In this document: positions 27,570 to 37,016 of the stretch, one piece after another
Position numbering within the stretch: position 1 is the stretch's first letter
Layout of the letters: each line of letters starts with the position of its first letter
Sequence record: PZ445523.1
Source of the DNA: a phage
DNA length: 64,000 nucleotides
Strand: one strand, 5' to 3'
Notes under the pieces: model-generated
The model's database searches: none
Told to the model about the DNA's origin: nothing
Seen by the model: the letters and a program-made list of their open reading frames with translations, nothing else
Made by a program: the position numbers and the translations under genes

Positions 27570-28107
27570 TTACTATTTCCAAAAGTTTATTATTTTTAAG
27601 GTAATTAGCCTTTTCTAGGACTTCAGAAGCATATTTAGAACCAGCTTTAACATTCCATCCCGAATTATAAGAGGATATTGCTTTTCTTATATCGCCCTTA
27701 TGTATATTTAACCAATAAGAAAGTTCAATGTACGCCCAGGAAGCTGAATTGGATCGTTTATTCAACATTCTTTTTATTTCAGCATCGGTCATATTATAAC
27801 CAAGTTCCTTAACTCTTGCTCGCATAGTAGGCAAATAATTTTGGAACATTCCATAGGCGTGATGCTTTGGTTTAGATTTTAAATTAACTCCGCCAGAGCT
27901 TTCTTGCCATAAAATAGCAGCCATTATATGACCTAATCCGCTCTTGTGGATATTTTTGTGTGTTTTATATTTTCCATCCTTAGAAAATTGTTCCCCGAAT
28001 TGATACGCGTAACGCATGTTATCGAGTTGGACATTACTGAAAGTATGCTCGGAGCTATGTGCCATCATTGAAATGGCCAATAGACCAGCGAGTAGTGCTT
28101 TTCTCAT
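27562..28107 (-). CDS. Secreted lytic transglycosylase-like protein (SLT domain)
   Basis: Signal peptide; SLT-type motifs WQESSGG (catalytic Glu), YGMFQ and SSYNSG. Confidence 0.55.
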   Translation of the reverse strand: MRKALLAGLLAISMMAHSSEHTFSNVQLDNMRYAYQFGEQFSKDGKYKTHKNIHKSGLGHIMAAILWQESSGGVNLKSKPKHHAYGMFQNYLPTMRARVKELGYNMTDAEIKRMLNKRSNSASWAYIELSYWLNIHKGDIRKAISSYNSGWNVKAGSKYASEVLEKANYLKNNKLLEIVND

Positions 28108-28114
28108 GCTTACC

Positions 28115-28576
28115 TCATTGAGTTTTAATTACTGCTTTAGAAGCCTTTCCTGGTAAACGACGACTGTTGATAATTGCCATCCTACATTGAAGTGACGGGT
28201 CTTTGAACTTCTCGTTAGGTTTACAAACTGTAAATCCAAGCCAAAGATTTCCATCTGTGATTTCTAAACGTCCAGGACGATATTCAACCCCATCAATAAA
28301 ATCCTCATCAATGTCAGGACGCGGAGGCATACTCAGGAATTCATTAACTTCTAAAACATGGTCTTTTATTTTATGGAATAATTCAAAAACGTATGTCTCA
28401 TCAATCTCCCGTTGAATTGCACGATCAAGAAGATGCTGAGAATATTTTAGATGAAACGATGAGACCCCTGCTGCTTTTGATGCCTCACGAATCTCATTGT
28501 TAATTTGACGAAACTCCGACTCAAAGTGACGACGAAGCTTATTTCGACGGATAAAAACTTCAGTGTTGATAGTCAT
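28115..28576 (-). CDS. regB: Sequence-specific endoribonuclease RegB
   Basis: 153 aa; sequence matches T4 RegB (MTINTEVFIRRNKLRRHFESEFRQINNEIREASKAAGV...). Confidence 0.92.
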   Translation of the reverse strand: MTINTEVFIRRNKLRRHFESEFRQINNEIREASKAAGVSSFHLKYSQHLLDRAIQREIDETYVFELFHKIKDHVLEVNEFLSMPPRPDIDEDFIDGVEYRPGRLEITDGNLWLGFTVCKPNEKFKDPSLQCRMAIINSRRLPGKASKAVIKTQ

Positions 28577-28604
28577 GTTATTCTCCTCTTAACTGATAGG
28601 AAAA

Positions 28605-28633
28605 TTATACCACAGCCAAGAGGAAAAGTAAAC
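28605..28633 (-). promoter_or_regulatory. Early promoter upstream of regB
   Basis: Minus-strand GTTTAC, about 18-nt spacer, TATAAT; then AAGAGGAGAA and the regB ATG. Confidence 0.55.
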
Positions 28634-28635
28634 AG

Positions 28636-28914
28636 TTATTCTTTAAATCTAATCAATTTATTCATAGACTTTGAAACTTCTGCACGAACCTCATGTAAGT
28701 TTTTGAGCTGTTCAAGACGCTGCTCATAGTAAGCAATTTCATCTTCTTCGAGACAGTCCTGTGAATCTTCTTTAAGATAACGTGCATAGTCCTGGAAAGC
28801 TTTACGAACTACTTCCTGGAAGTCATCAAGACTTTGAATTTTCTTAGGAGCAACAGATACACGACGAGGGGCAGTATAATACTCATAACCAAACCCTGCG
28901 CTTAATTGAGCCAT
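28636..28914 (-). CDS. Hypothetical protein (about 92 aa; vs.3-position)
   Basis: Start reset to [13 protein letters not shown] (overlap coupling with upstream stop). Confidence 0.4.
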   Translation of the reverse strand: MAQLSAGFGYEYYTAPRRVSVAPKKIQSLDDFQEVVRKAFQDYARYLKEDSQDCLEEDEIAYYEQRLEQLKNLHEVRAEVSKSMNKLIRFKE

Positions 28915-29228
28915 TAGTATTTTTCCTCGGGTTGGAAAATGGAACGACACGCCCACATGCTTGCTTCTTTCAGACGGTCAATCGCGTTACGAATCTGGGT
29001 GATGCGTTCATGAGCCTGGTCCAGTTCTTGTTCAGAAACTTCTTTGGTATCCAAGTTCATATAATAGGTAACATGTTCATCTTCCAGAGCTTTAAACATT
29101 AACCCAAGACGAACTTCAGCATCTTTAATAGCATTCACTTTACCAATTTTGTCATCGGTATGCGGTTTATAACCTTTAATATCTTCAATCATATTTGACT
29201 TCCTCGCCAGTACCCAAATCATATTCAA
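28914..29228 (-). CDS. Hypothetical small helical protein (92-104 aa); position of T4 vs.4 (Acb2) by synteny
   Basis: Two genes upstream of the GrcA-like gene, as recalled for vs.4; start ambiguous (M1 or [14 protein letters not shown]); sequence identity not verified. Confidence 0.4.
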   Translation of the reverse strand: MNMIWVLARKSNMIEDIKGYKPHTDDKIGKVNAIKDAEVRLGLMFKALEDEHVTYYMNLDTKEVSEQELDQAHERITQIRNAIDRLKEASMWACRSIFQPEEKY

Positions 29229-29406
29229 CTAAACGAATAGGTTCATGAATGCCATATCCTTGAACAGAAATTTCTGTCGTAGGATAAATTCCATCAATAT
29301 CCCCCATATTCCATGCTTCATTAAATTGTTGCTCACCTGAATTACTAAACCATTCAGCGAAAGCATTTAGTACATCTTCAGAACCTTCAATAATTATCTT
29401 TGCCAT
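29185..29406 (-). CDS. Hypothetical acidic protein (73 aa)
   Basis: ORF coupled to the GrcA-like gene upstream. Confidence 0.45.
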   Translation of the reverse strand: MAKIIIEGSEDVLNAFAEWFSNSGEQQFNEAWNMGDIDGIYPTTEISVQGYGIHEPIRLVEYDLGTGEEVKYD

Positions 29407-29768
29407 TATAAGCTCTCGGTAAAGGTACGAGCGATAACGTCGCGCTGCTGTTCCGGAGTCAGAGAGTTAAAGCGAACTGCATAACCGGATACACGGATGG
29501 TCAGCTGCGGATATTTTTCCGGATGCTTAACTGCATCTTCCAGGGTTTCACGACGCAGAACGTTAACGTTCAGGTGTTGACCACCTTCAATTTTAACTGT
29601 AGACTGTGGCTCAATTTCAATTTCACGGGCATGTAAACCGTAGAAAATTTCTGGGTCTACAAAAGAGTCCTCTTTAAAGGTTTTAGAGACAATAATTCGC
29701 GCTTGAATACCATCTTCAAAATAAATAGTACCTTTATGCGTGCCTTCAAGAATTTGATATGCTTTCAT
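29406..29768 (-). CDS. Autonomous glycyl-radical cofactor (GrcA/YfiD-like)
   Basis: C-terminal 60 aa nearly identical to E. coli YfiD, including the glycyl-radical motif RVSGYAVRF. Confidence 0.85.
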   Translation of the reverse strand: MKAYQILEGTHKGTIYFEDGIQARIIVSKTFKEDSFVDPEIFYGLHAREIEIEPQSTVKIEGGQHLNVNVLRRETLEDAVKHPEKYPQLTIRVSGYAVRFNSLTPEQQRDVIARTFTESL

Positions 29769-29774
29769 ATAACC

Positions 29775-30155
29775 TCAATTAGAAAATAAATTTATCCAAG
29801 ATTGTTCTTTAATTAAAAATGGCTCAGAATCATATGCCATTAAACTTTGCGTAATTAATCCTTTAAAAGGTCCATCAATAAATTCCATGGTAAAATATGG
29901 AATTTTATTCATTAGCTGCGCGTTAGGAGCAGTGCACAAAACTCTGCATCCTTTGAATACACCCTTTTGTAATTTGTATTGCTTGGGATAAAATTCGCTC
30001 AAAATGTTGTTATTTGCCAAAATTTCAAAATGATTCACCAATTTATTTTTAATAGTTTTTGGTGAAAAATAAAGATATTCGAAAAGTTGCGCATCTGTCA
30101 TCATTGCATTCCGATTACGAAAAACTGTGGACGAGTAATACCACCAATACAACAT
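29775..30155 (-). CDS. Hypothetical protein (126 aa, start uncertain)
   Basis: ORF on the early strand; alternative start at MMTDAQLFEY. Confidence 0.45.
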   Translation of the reverse strand: MLYWWYYSSTVFRNRNAMMTDAQLFEYLYFSPKTIKNKLVNHFEILANNNILSEFYPKQYKLQKGVFKGCRVLCTAPNAQLMNKIPYFTMEFIDGPFKGLITQSLMAYDSEPFLIKEQSWINLFSN

Positions 30156-30688
30156 TTACTATTGCAACAGTACTGTACAGTGTCAATATGAGCATCATAA
30201 ATCTTATCCATATCAGGAGATTTGACAGGCTCATCAATTATATATAAAATTCGCGAAAGCGATAAACCTCTGAACTTGCTTCCTTTATTACCAATAAAAC
30301 TGCGCACAGAATCAGTAAATAAACGAAAACGTATATCATTATTAGAATAACGCGAAAATTCCTTTTTGATGTTATTTGCAGAAATTTTAGCGTAAGCTGA
30401 AGTATTAGAAAGAACAATAACTGTTCCGCCATCATACAGCCAATTAGCAGCAAAGTTAGTCACAGCAATTGATTTACCGGATTGACGTCCACCATCTATA
30501 CGAAGTGTGCAGTACTGTTTAAGTAATTCTTCAAATGGCGGGATATATTCGTTTTTACAAATTTCTTCTACTCTAGCATCAGAATGGTGTGTAAAAGCAT
30601 TCATCAGGGATAGATAAGGACCAGTTAAAAATGTTCTCATTTTATTCTCTCTAAATTTGGGCCATTCCATGGCGCATGAATTGTCCAT
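30101..30688 (-). CDS. Small P-loop NTPase-like protein (start uncertain)
   Basis: Walker A-like GGRQSGKS and Walker B-like ILYIIDEP. Confidence 0.45.
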   Translation of the reverse strand: MDNSCAMEWPKFRENKMRTFLTGPYLSLMNAFTHHSDARVEEICKNEYIPPFEELLKQYCTLRIDGGRQSGKSIAVTNFAANWLYDGGTVIVLSNTSAYAKISANNIKKEFSRYSNNDIRFRLFTDSVRSFIGNKGSKFRGLSLSRILYIIDEPVKSPDMDKIYDAHIDTVQYCCNSKCCIGGITRPQFFVIGMQ

Positions 30689-30793
30689 TTCTGTATTTAC
30701 CCATTACCGCACTCAGGCTCGACCTTATTACAGGTTGGCGGGAATCCCTCATAGAATCATGAGGTCCAGGTTGTTCCCATATTTCTTATTTGC

Positions 30794-31267
30794 TTATTTG
30801 AATGATTTAACGTACTGAATAGAACCTTTACTATTCACAAAGGCAATTTTACCATTTTTGTTATACATGGTAGCAGTACGCTGATAGCCATAAGTTTGTT
30901 TACCAGATTGATAACCAACTAATGCAAAATTATCTTCGCCCATTTTATTCTGCTTAGCGCGGATACGTTCATGACCGTGCGCCATAAGAACCTTAGCGTC
31001 GCCAGTTGCAATGGATCTACGAGTTTTTTCATCTTCAACTGTATTAACAAAGTCGTCAAATGAATCAAATTTAGCATGAGATTTATTATACAGTTTTCCA
31101 TCTACTGCATAATTATATCCCTGTACATCCATCTCAACTTCTGTACCATCATCCAATACAGCAGTGATTTTTTGACCTTTTTTAAATTTCAAAAGATCAG
31201 TAAAAGATTCAGCAATAATTTGAGAATTAATAGCTGCTTCAGTAATAAATTCTTGATATGTTTTCAT
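30794..31267 (-). CDS. Internal-protein-like capsid-targeted protein (157 aa)
   Basis: N-terminal capsid-targeting leader MKTYQEFITE followed by AA, as in T4 IPI/IPII/IPIII; payload unrecognised. Confidence 0.6.
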   Translation of the reverse strand: MKTYQEFITEAAINSQIIAESFTDLLKFKKGQKITAVLDDGTEVEMDVQGYNYAVDGKLYNKSHAKFDSFDDFVNTVEDEKTRRSIATGDAKVLMAHGHERIRAKQNKMGEDNFALVGYQSGKQTYGYQRTATMYNKNGKIAFVNSKGSIQYVKSFK

Positions 31268-31276
31268 ATGTTTCCT

Positions 31277-31693
31277 TTAAATGTAAATATTTTTACCGTA
31301 ATACTTGTACCAATGTGGTTTCATTAAAATTTTTTCATCAAGTCGTTGTTGACTCAATTTAATAGCTGATTTGCATGGATTATAATCATTTTTCCATTCT
31401 ACTGGAATATCGCTGATGTCAGGAACTTCAGTATCTTTTATACTGAACCCGCGTTTTAAGCATTCCGTTATAATGTCTGATTGACGCTTTCGCAAAAATT
31501 CTAACTTATCGTAAAAGAAAGTAACATGACCAGAACCTAAAATAAACTCGGAAGATATTTTAAAATCTTTAACCCGCTTACCATTTGCCACATGTTTACG
31601 AACTATACCAAAAACACGCGGCAATTCACGGTATTCTGCGATTAAATGTTGATCAGCAAGTTCAGATACTAAAGTCAAATTAATACGAGTCAT
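31277..31693 (-). CDS. denV: Endonuclease V (pyrimidine-dimer DNA glycosylase)
   Basis: 138 aa; about 75 percent identical to recalled T4 endo V ([17 protein letters not shown]..). Confidence 0.93.
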   Translation of the reverse strand: MTRINLTLVSELADQHLIAEYRELPRVFGIVRKHVANGKRVKDFKISSEFILGSGHVTFFYDKLEFLRKRQSDIITECLKRGFSIKDTEVPDISDIPVEWKNDYNPCKSAIKLSQQRLDEKILMKPHWYKYYGKNIYI

Positions 31694-31716
31694 TTTATCC
31701 CTCCAAGTAACTGTGA

Positions 31717-31748
31717 ATATACTATCACAATTCTAGGAGAAAGTAAAC
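31717..31748 (-). promoter_or_regulatory. Early promoter upstream of denV
   Basis: Minus-strand GTTTAC, spacer, TAGTAT/TATATT, then GGAGGG and the denV ATG. Confidence 0.45.
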
Positions 31749-31752
31749 AACT

Positions 31753-32283
<531 letters not shown>

Positions 32284-32739
32284 TTAAAAGAGGTTGTTCA
32301 TTATTCGGTAAAGCGAAGGACCCATCACATATTGCCACTGAGTACGAGGAATAAGAGCAAAAGCGTCCATCTCTGGAATCATAACGCCATCTTTATTTTC
32401 AAAATAAGACTCGCAGCGGCAATTTCTAAACATCTCATGCTCTACTGGAATCATATAATAAAATAACTGTAGGTCTTTATTACTAGAATATTTAAATACA
32501 CCTAGGTCTTCTAGAAGGTCTGGATTATAATTGCTAAAACCGGTCTCTTCTAAGCATTCTCTTTTTGCAGCTTCCAGTGCATTCAAATCAGAACTTTCTA
32601 CACGCCCCTTTGGAATATCCCAGCGATGTGCCATCATTCCAGGCTTACGAGAACCAGTAACCCGACCCATAAATAAATCTTTATCTTCTGTCATAAAGAT
32701 AATACCAGCTGATAATGTTTTCATTTTAATTTCCTGCAT
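32284..32739 (-). CDS. nudE: Nudix hydrolase NudE
   Basis: Nudix box GRVESSDLNALEAAKRECLEETG; position next to e as in T4. Confidence 0.85.
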   Translation of the reverse strand: MQEIKMKTLSAGIIFMTEDKDLFMGRVTGSRKPGMMAHRWDIPKGRVESSDLNALEAAKRECLEETGFSNYNPDLLEDLGVFKYSSNKDLQLFYYMIPVEHEMFRNCRCESYFENKDGVMIPEMDAFALIPRTQWQYVMGPSLYRIMNNLF

Positions 32740-33209
32740 TCAGCGATAAAGCTATTTAAATTTTGGGTATATTTCTTTTCATCAAAAATCTTTTGTTGTC
32801 TGCGTAAACGCCATGGCATTTCAATGAACACGCACCATATTCCAGATAATATTGCTGCTGTCAAAATATTAACAAGCATAATTAAAAGAATCCAATCTCC
32901 TGTTCTGCCTATTGGACTTTCTCCAAAGAAGCAAAATACGAATGATGACACAGGAAGACTAATGATATACCACAGAATCATAATCTTATTTGTAAACCAA
33001 TCAGCATTTGTTAACTTAGCGCGACCGTTTTGAATACATACGAACTTATCATCTGTTATAGTAGATGGCTTAGCTGCTTGATATCCCATTCTAAACTCCC
33101 TAATCAACAAATTTTTCATATCTTCGGAACAACCATTCCAGTCAACTCTATCAACTGAAATGCCATCATCCCCATCATCTAAATCATACCAGCGAGTTTT
33201 TAAAATCAT
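32721..33209 (-). CDS. Membrane protein (162 aa), tandem paralog 1
   Basis: Two or three transmembrane helices; C-terminal FIAECRKLK motif shared with the next two ORFs. Confidence 0.5.
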   Translation of the reverse strand: MILKTRWYDLDDGDDGISVDRVDWNGCSEDMKNLLIREFRMGYQAAKPSTITDDKFVCIQNGRAKLTNADWFTNKIMILWYIISLPVSSFVFCFFGESPIGRTGDWILLIMLVNILTAAILSGIWCVFIEMPWRLRRQQKIFDEKKYTQNLNSFIAECRKLK

Positions 33210-33568
33210 TTAATTTTCCTACAATCACTCACAAACTCTTCCATTGATTCTTTTTCAATATAAGACATGTAGCTATTATATTCCTTTAATTGTATTTTGT
33301 AATCCTTTTTTCTTTGCCAATTTATTTTAAAATTATCATAATGAAAATATAACATGGTACCAAAGAATGAAAATAATGAAATAATTTTAGTATAGCGAAG
33401 TTCACTCCAAAATTCTATTATATTTACTGTGCCGTCAATGTTTAAAATAAGACAGTCAATTAACAATCCAAAAAGACTACCCGCAAGAGCTGCAAATGCT
33501 GATACGGCAAGAATTAATAGTGCCTCTGGAAACGAATATTTAACTTTATTTAGTTTTGGCTTTTGCAT
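33206..33568 (-). CDS. Membrane protein (120 aa), tandem paralog 2
   Basis: Transmembrane helices; C-terminal FVSDCRKIK. Confidence 0.5.
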   Translation of the reverse strand: MQKPKLNKVKYSFPEALLILAVSAFAALAGSLFGLLIDCLILNIDGTVNIIEFWSELRYTKIISLFSFFGTMLYFHYDNFKINWQRKKDYKIQLKEYNSYMSYIEKESMEEFVSDCRKIK

Positions 33569-33951
33569 CGTGATTCCTTAACAAATTTCATAATTTCATC
33601 AAATTCATACGCAGCAAGTTTAAGCTGATGTTCCTTTTTAATCTTTTTACACTGAGCTTTCCATTCGCGTACGCGTTTACGATAATGTCTTCCTTGATAC
33701 CAGTATCCTACCCAATTTACAGGTACTAATAAAAATGGAACTATCATTGGAAGAAATAGTGTTGACACAAATATTACACCAAATTTATTGGCAGTCATAA
33801 CGTCTATAACCATTCCAACTACAAATGATACAACTACCACAGGACCCATTAATACATCAGTAGAAATTATCTGACGCTTTAATTCATACTTCAACGGTTT
33901 ACTTGGAAGGTATAGTGATGGTTTTGACATATTCTCTACATTCCTTAACAA
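33550..33951 (-). CDS. Membrane protein (133 aa), tandem paralog 3
   Basis: Transmembrane helices; C-terminal FVKESRCK. Confidence 0.5.
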   Translation of the reverse strand: MLRNVENMSKPSLYLPSKPLKYELKRQIISTDVLMGPVVVVSFVVGMVIDVMTANKFGVIFVSTLFLPMIVPFLLVPVNWVGYWYQGRHYRKRVREWKAQCKKIKKEHQLKLAAYEFDEIMKFVKESRCKSQN

Positions 33952-34507
33952 ATTTTTCTAGTAATAAATCGCTTTCAAAATTGGGATTTTCTACGAATTT
34001 ATCAAAAAGATCATCAACAATAGTTAAGATATTCTTTTTACTAAGAATACGTTTATTTTCATGCTTCGTTTCAGAATCAACTATAAGAGTAAAGAAATAT
34101 TTCTTTCCCTGAAATTTTACAGTAGTATCAATATAGAATAAATTTGACTTTTGTAAATTACGTTTAAACCATGCATCACTTAAACTATAAACGCCAAGAT
34201 AATCATAATCGTCGTTTAAATAACAGACCGTCCATTCAGGAGAAACAAAATCAGTAAATTCAACGTCAAAATCGCATGTTAATAAATGAATTGATTCAAT
34301 ACTGTTAATAAGTATTCCAGGACGTATTAAAGACTTTTTACCTCTAGAAAATCTTCCAGAAAGACTTTCATCAGTTTCATATGAAGAACCCCAATAATAA
34401 TTACGTCCTTCTGCCATACGTTTAAGAGCATTTAATAATTGGTCTGGAACATCAACCTGTCTTTGAAACTCTTCAAACATTGAATTGAAATCACTTTGCA
34501 TTTTCAT
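33899..34507 (-). CDS. Hypothetical protein (202 aa)
   Basis: ORF on the early strand. Confidence 0.5.
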   Translation of the reverse strand: MKMQSDFNSMFEEFQRQVDVPDQLLNALKRMAEGRNYYWGSSYETDESLSGRFSRGKKSLIRPGILINSIESIHLLTCDFDVEFTDFVSPEWTVCYLNDDYDYLGVYSLSDAWFKRNLQKSNLFYIDTTVKFQGKKYFFTLIVDSETKHENKRILSKKNILTIVDDLFDKFVENPNFESDLLLEKFVKECREYVKTITIPSK

Positions 34508-34526
34508 TCCTATTTACTCCAAGTAA

Positions 34527-34542
34527 TAGGGGCCGAAGCCCC
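34527..34542 (-). terminator. Stem-loop with UUCG tetraloop
   Basis: Minus-strand AGGGGCUUCGGCCCCU between two genes. Confidence 0.45.
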
Positions 34543-34548
34543 TTATCA

Positions 34549-35142
34549 TTATTTCAGAGAATTAATGTATTCCTGAACATCGGCAGAGGTAGTTTCAACC
34601 CCAGAAATATTACCGTTAAAGGTTTCAACTCGAGCAAGAGTATCTTCAATATCAACCTTAGTCAGTGCTGCAATTTCAACTACATCATCAGCAGTACTAA
34701 TTCCAAGGGCATTCGCGGCGCGAGTTTCACGGATATATTCCAATTTAATTGCAAGTTCTTGGCGAGCATCATCTAGCTCAACTACTTTCTTGGCGATTTC
34801 AATTCGCATTTCAGCATAACCATCAGCTTTAGTAGTCAACTGCTCAGCTGTTCGACGATATAGTAAACCGAGTTTAGCATGCATTGTTACATCTTGACCT
34901 TCGGAAAGAAGCTTGCGAATTTCACGCTCTTTTGATTCGGCCTGCTTATTCTTTTCGACAATAAGTTCACGAATACGCTTTTCTTCATTAATAGATTTAA
35001 CGGAAGCAGTTTTTAGATCTTTAATCTTATCAAGTAGTTTTGCTGCTGCAGCAGTATACTGTTCTTCAACAGATAGATTTTTAGCCATAGCAGAACCAAG
35101 TTTAGTGCGAATAAACTCAACAATTTTCTTCAGTGTGTTCAT
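34549..35142 (-). CDS. Coiled-coil protein (197 aa), possibly PspA/IM30-like
   Basis: Almost entirely heptad-repeat helical, with charged K/E/R-rich segments. Confidence 0.45.
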   Translation of the reverse strand: MNTLKKIVEFIRTKLGSAMAKNLSVEEQYTAAAAKLLDKIKDLKTASVKSINEEKRIRELIVEKNKQAESKEREIRKLLSEGQDVTMHAKLGLLYRRTAEQLTTKADGYAEMRIEIAKKVVELDDARQELAIKLEYIRETRAANALGISTADDVVEIAALTKVDIEDTLARVETFNGNISGVETTSADVQEYINSLK

Positions 35143-35198
35143 AGTATTTCCTTAGGTTGGTATAATTAGATAATATCACGTTTTAATAGATTGTAAAC

Positions 35199-35534
35199 TT
35201 ATTCTTCGTCTAGCTCATCGATAAAGACGTCGATGGCCTCGATAACGGCATCATTGATAGCCAATAAAGTAAAATCATCGTCAGTGCCTTTAGAAGATTC
35301 TAAAGCATTGATATATGCTTGGTTAGCAAGTTCCCAAGCCTTTTTAAAATAAGGAGCTTCATCATCAGGACAAATATCCCGCACGCCTTCAAAGATACGT
35401 TTGGCATAATCTAACACCCATTGTACAGGCATGTTTTGAGAACGTTCGTTAAACTCTTTAAATTCCTTAGATTCAAAAAGCTCTTCAGGATAATAATTTC
35501 GATTACAAAAAGCTTTACTAAAGTTACGTTTCAT
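35199..35534 (-). CDS. Hypothetical acidic protein (111 aa)
   Basis: ORF on the early strand. Confidence 0.5.
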   Translation of the reverse strand: MKRNFSKAFCNRNYYPEELFESKEFKEFNERSQNMPVQWVLDYAKRIFEGVRDICPDDEAPYFKKAWELANQAYINALESSKGTDDDFTLLAINDAVIEAIDVFIDELDEE

Positions 35535-35589
35535 AATGTTCTCCTCAAATTATGGGCTCATAATATCTCAATCATGAGCCTATGTAAAC

Positions 35590-35853
35590 TTATTTCATAT
35601 TATTGAAATATTCTTCTGCGATTTCGTCGTTATCATGGTAAACTTTAGAAGACAGTTTAACATAACCTTCTGCCGTGAACATGTTAATCACAACCTTTAC
35701 AGTATACCACTGACCATCTTCATTACCCATTACTGCGTAAGTTTCAAACATCGGATGATCAGGACCGATAACTTTAATATCATTCACTGTACGACCGAAA
35801 TCTTCTGAAACACATTTCATAAAGAAGTTGAACAGTTCGCCGTAATTATCCAT
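35590..35853 (-). CDS. Hypothetical protein (about 87 aa)
   Basis: Start reset to MDNYGELFNFF; upstream codons in the ORF track translate the promoter block. Confidence 0.5.
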   Translation of the reverse strand: MDNYGELFNFFMKCVSEDFGRTVNDIKVIGPDHPMFETYAVMGNEDGQWYTVKVVINMFTAEGYVKLSSKVYHDNDEIAEEYFNNMK

Positions 35854-35892
35854 TTCATTCTCCAAGTTGTTTTCTGTATCAGTAGTTGATAG

Positions 35893-35926
35893 TTGTATAG
35901 TACCATGGAAGGACAAGGATGTAAAC
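35893..35926 (-). promoter_or_regulatory. Early promoter with conserved downstream block
   Basis: Minus-strand A/T-rich upstream, GTTTACA, spacer, GGTACTATACAACTATCAAC. Confidence 0.5.
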
Positions 35927-36058
35927 AGTTTTGTGAAAAAATTTTTAAAAAGTTTTAGGGAATTCTAGGGTCAGGAGGGGCAATTAAAAGGTAGGATAAT
36001 ATATTATAAAGGGTATAAACTAAATGATGCCTAGAGAGGCCCGGAAAGGCCTAGATAC

Positions 36059-36090
36059 CAAAAAGCCCCAACCTTTCGGTCGGGGCTAAG
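36059..36090 (-). terminator. Terminator hairpin; copy 1 of a 32-nt perfect direct repeat
   Basis: Minus-strand CUUAGCCCCGACCGAAAGGUUGGGGCUUUUUG; identical copy at 36595..36626. Confidence 0.6.
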
Positions 36091-36094
36091 AATG

Positions 36095-36556
36095 TTATTT
36101 GATTTGTTTAGCAGACCAAATGCGGTCTTTAATAATTTTTTGGATGTCTTCAACATACTCTAGGTCATGAGCATGTGGATTATCTTTGAAACTATGAGCT
36201 CGCGCAAGTTTCTGGCCTTCGGTCTTAATTATCAAAAGTTCTTTAAGAATTGCTTCATATCTAGAGATAATTCCTTTAGCAATATTTTTTTCTTGTGCTG
36301 CTTTAGGGTCAGCCTTAGGAGCAGGTTTACCAGAAGGTTTTTCGAAAGCCGCACCAGTAGCAACCAGGCTTTTCCAGGCGGTGGTAACATAGTTACCCAC
36401 AAAGCCTTCAGCTCTCATATCGTCATAGAACTTGTACCGAGATTCGTCAGAAGCATCTTTATAAGAATATTTACCAGCTTTAATAGCAGCAGTTGCTACA
36501 GCGCGAACATCTGAAGCGGATGCTTCGGTCATTAAAAATTGAGCATAAGTTTTCAT
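36095..36556 (-). CDS. Internal-protein-like capsid-targeted protein (153 aa)
   Basis: N-terminal leader MKTYAQFLMTE followed by ASA; flanked on both sides by the identical 32-nt hairpin. Confidence 0.55.
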   Translation of the reverse strand: MKTYAQFLMTEASASDVRAVATAAIKAGKYSYKDASDESRYKFYDDMRAEGFVGNYVTTAWKSLVATGAAFEKPSGKPAPKADPKAAQEKNIAKGIISRYEAILKELLIIKTEGQKLARAHSFKDNPHAHDLEYVEDIQKIIKDRIWSAKQIK

Positions 36557-36594
36557 TGTTATTTCCTGTGTTAATTAACTCATCTATTTATATC

Positions 36595-36626
36595 AAAAAG
36601 CCCCAACCTTTCGGTCGGGGCTAAGC
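36595..36626 (-). terminator. Terminator hairpin; copy 2 of the 32-nt perfect direct repeat
   Basis: Same 32 nt as 36059..36090; lies downstream of the tRNA/stable-RNA transcription unit. Confidence 0.6.
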
Positions 36627-36639
36627 CTTGCGGCAACCT

Positions 36640-36936
36640 TGTCGGGGTTCCACCTGCTAAGGCAAGTGTTTGTACGAAACGCCGGGATTCGAACCCGGTT
36701 ATTAAGCAGTTGACGCTACTCAATATTTTTAAAAGGCCATATCTCGACCATATCCGAACGTTCCGTCAAAAACGCTACTCGACTTACGGCAAAGATATTT
36801 CCTCGAATCGATAATTCGGTGCGCCGTTTCTGCTGTGATGTAAGAGGGCATCAATAAACGCAAAGATTATTAACGCAATTCCTTACTCAGGGAACATCAG
36901 TCCGACGACTTACCGGTAGCGACCCGGCTTCTTGTC
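36640..36936 (-). ncRNA. Candidate small stable RNAs distal to tRNA-Arg (T4 rnaC/rnaD position)
   Basis: No ORF; tRNA-like T-arm GGTTCGAATCC on the minus strand near 36680; synteny with T4 species 1/2 RNAs; boundaries not determined. Confidence 0.35.
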
Positions 36937-37013
36937 TGGTCGAGGCAGAAGGATTCTAACCTTCAACCAACGGATTAGAAATCCGTTGCTCTATACAATT
37001 GAGCTATGCCCCG
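36937..37013 (-). tRNA. tRNA-Arg (anticodon UCU)
   Basis: Hand-folded cloverleaf: acceptor CGGGGCA/UGCCUCG, anticodon loop UUUCUAA, encoded CCA; immediately downstream of segB. Confidence 0.8.
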
Positions 37014-37016
37014 TAA

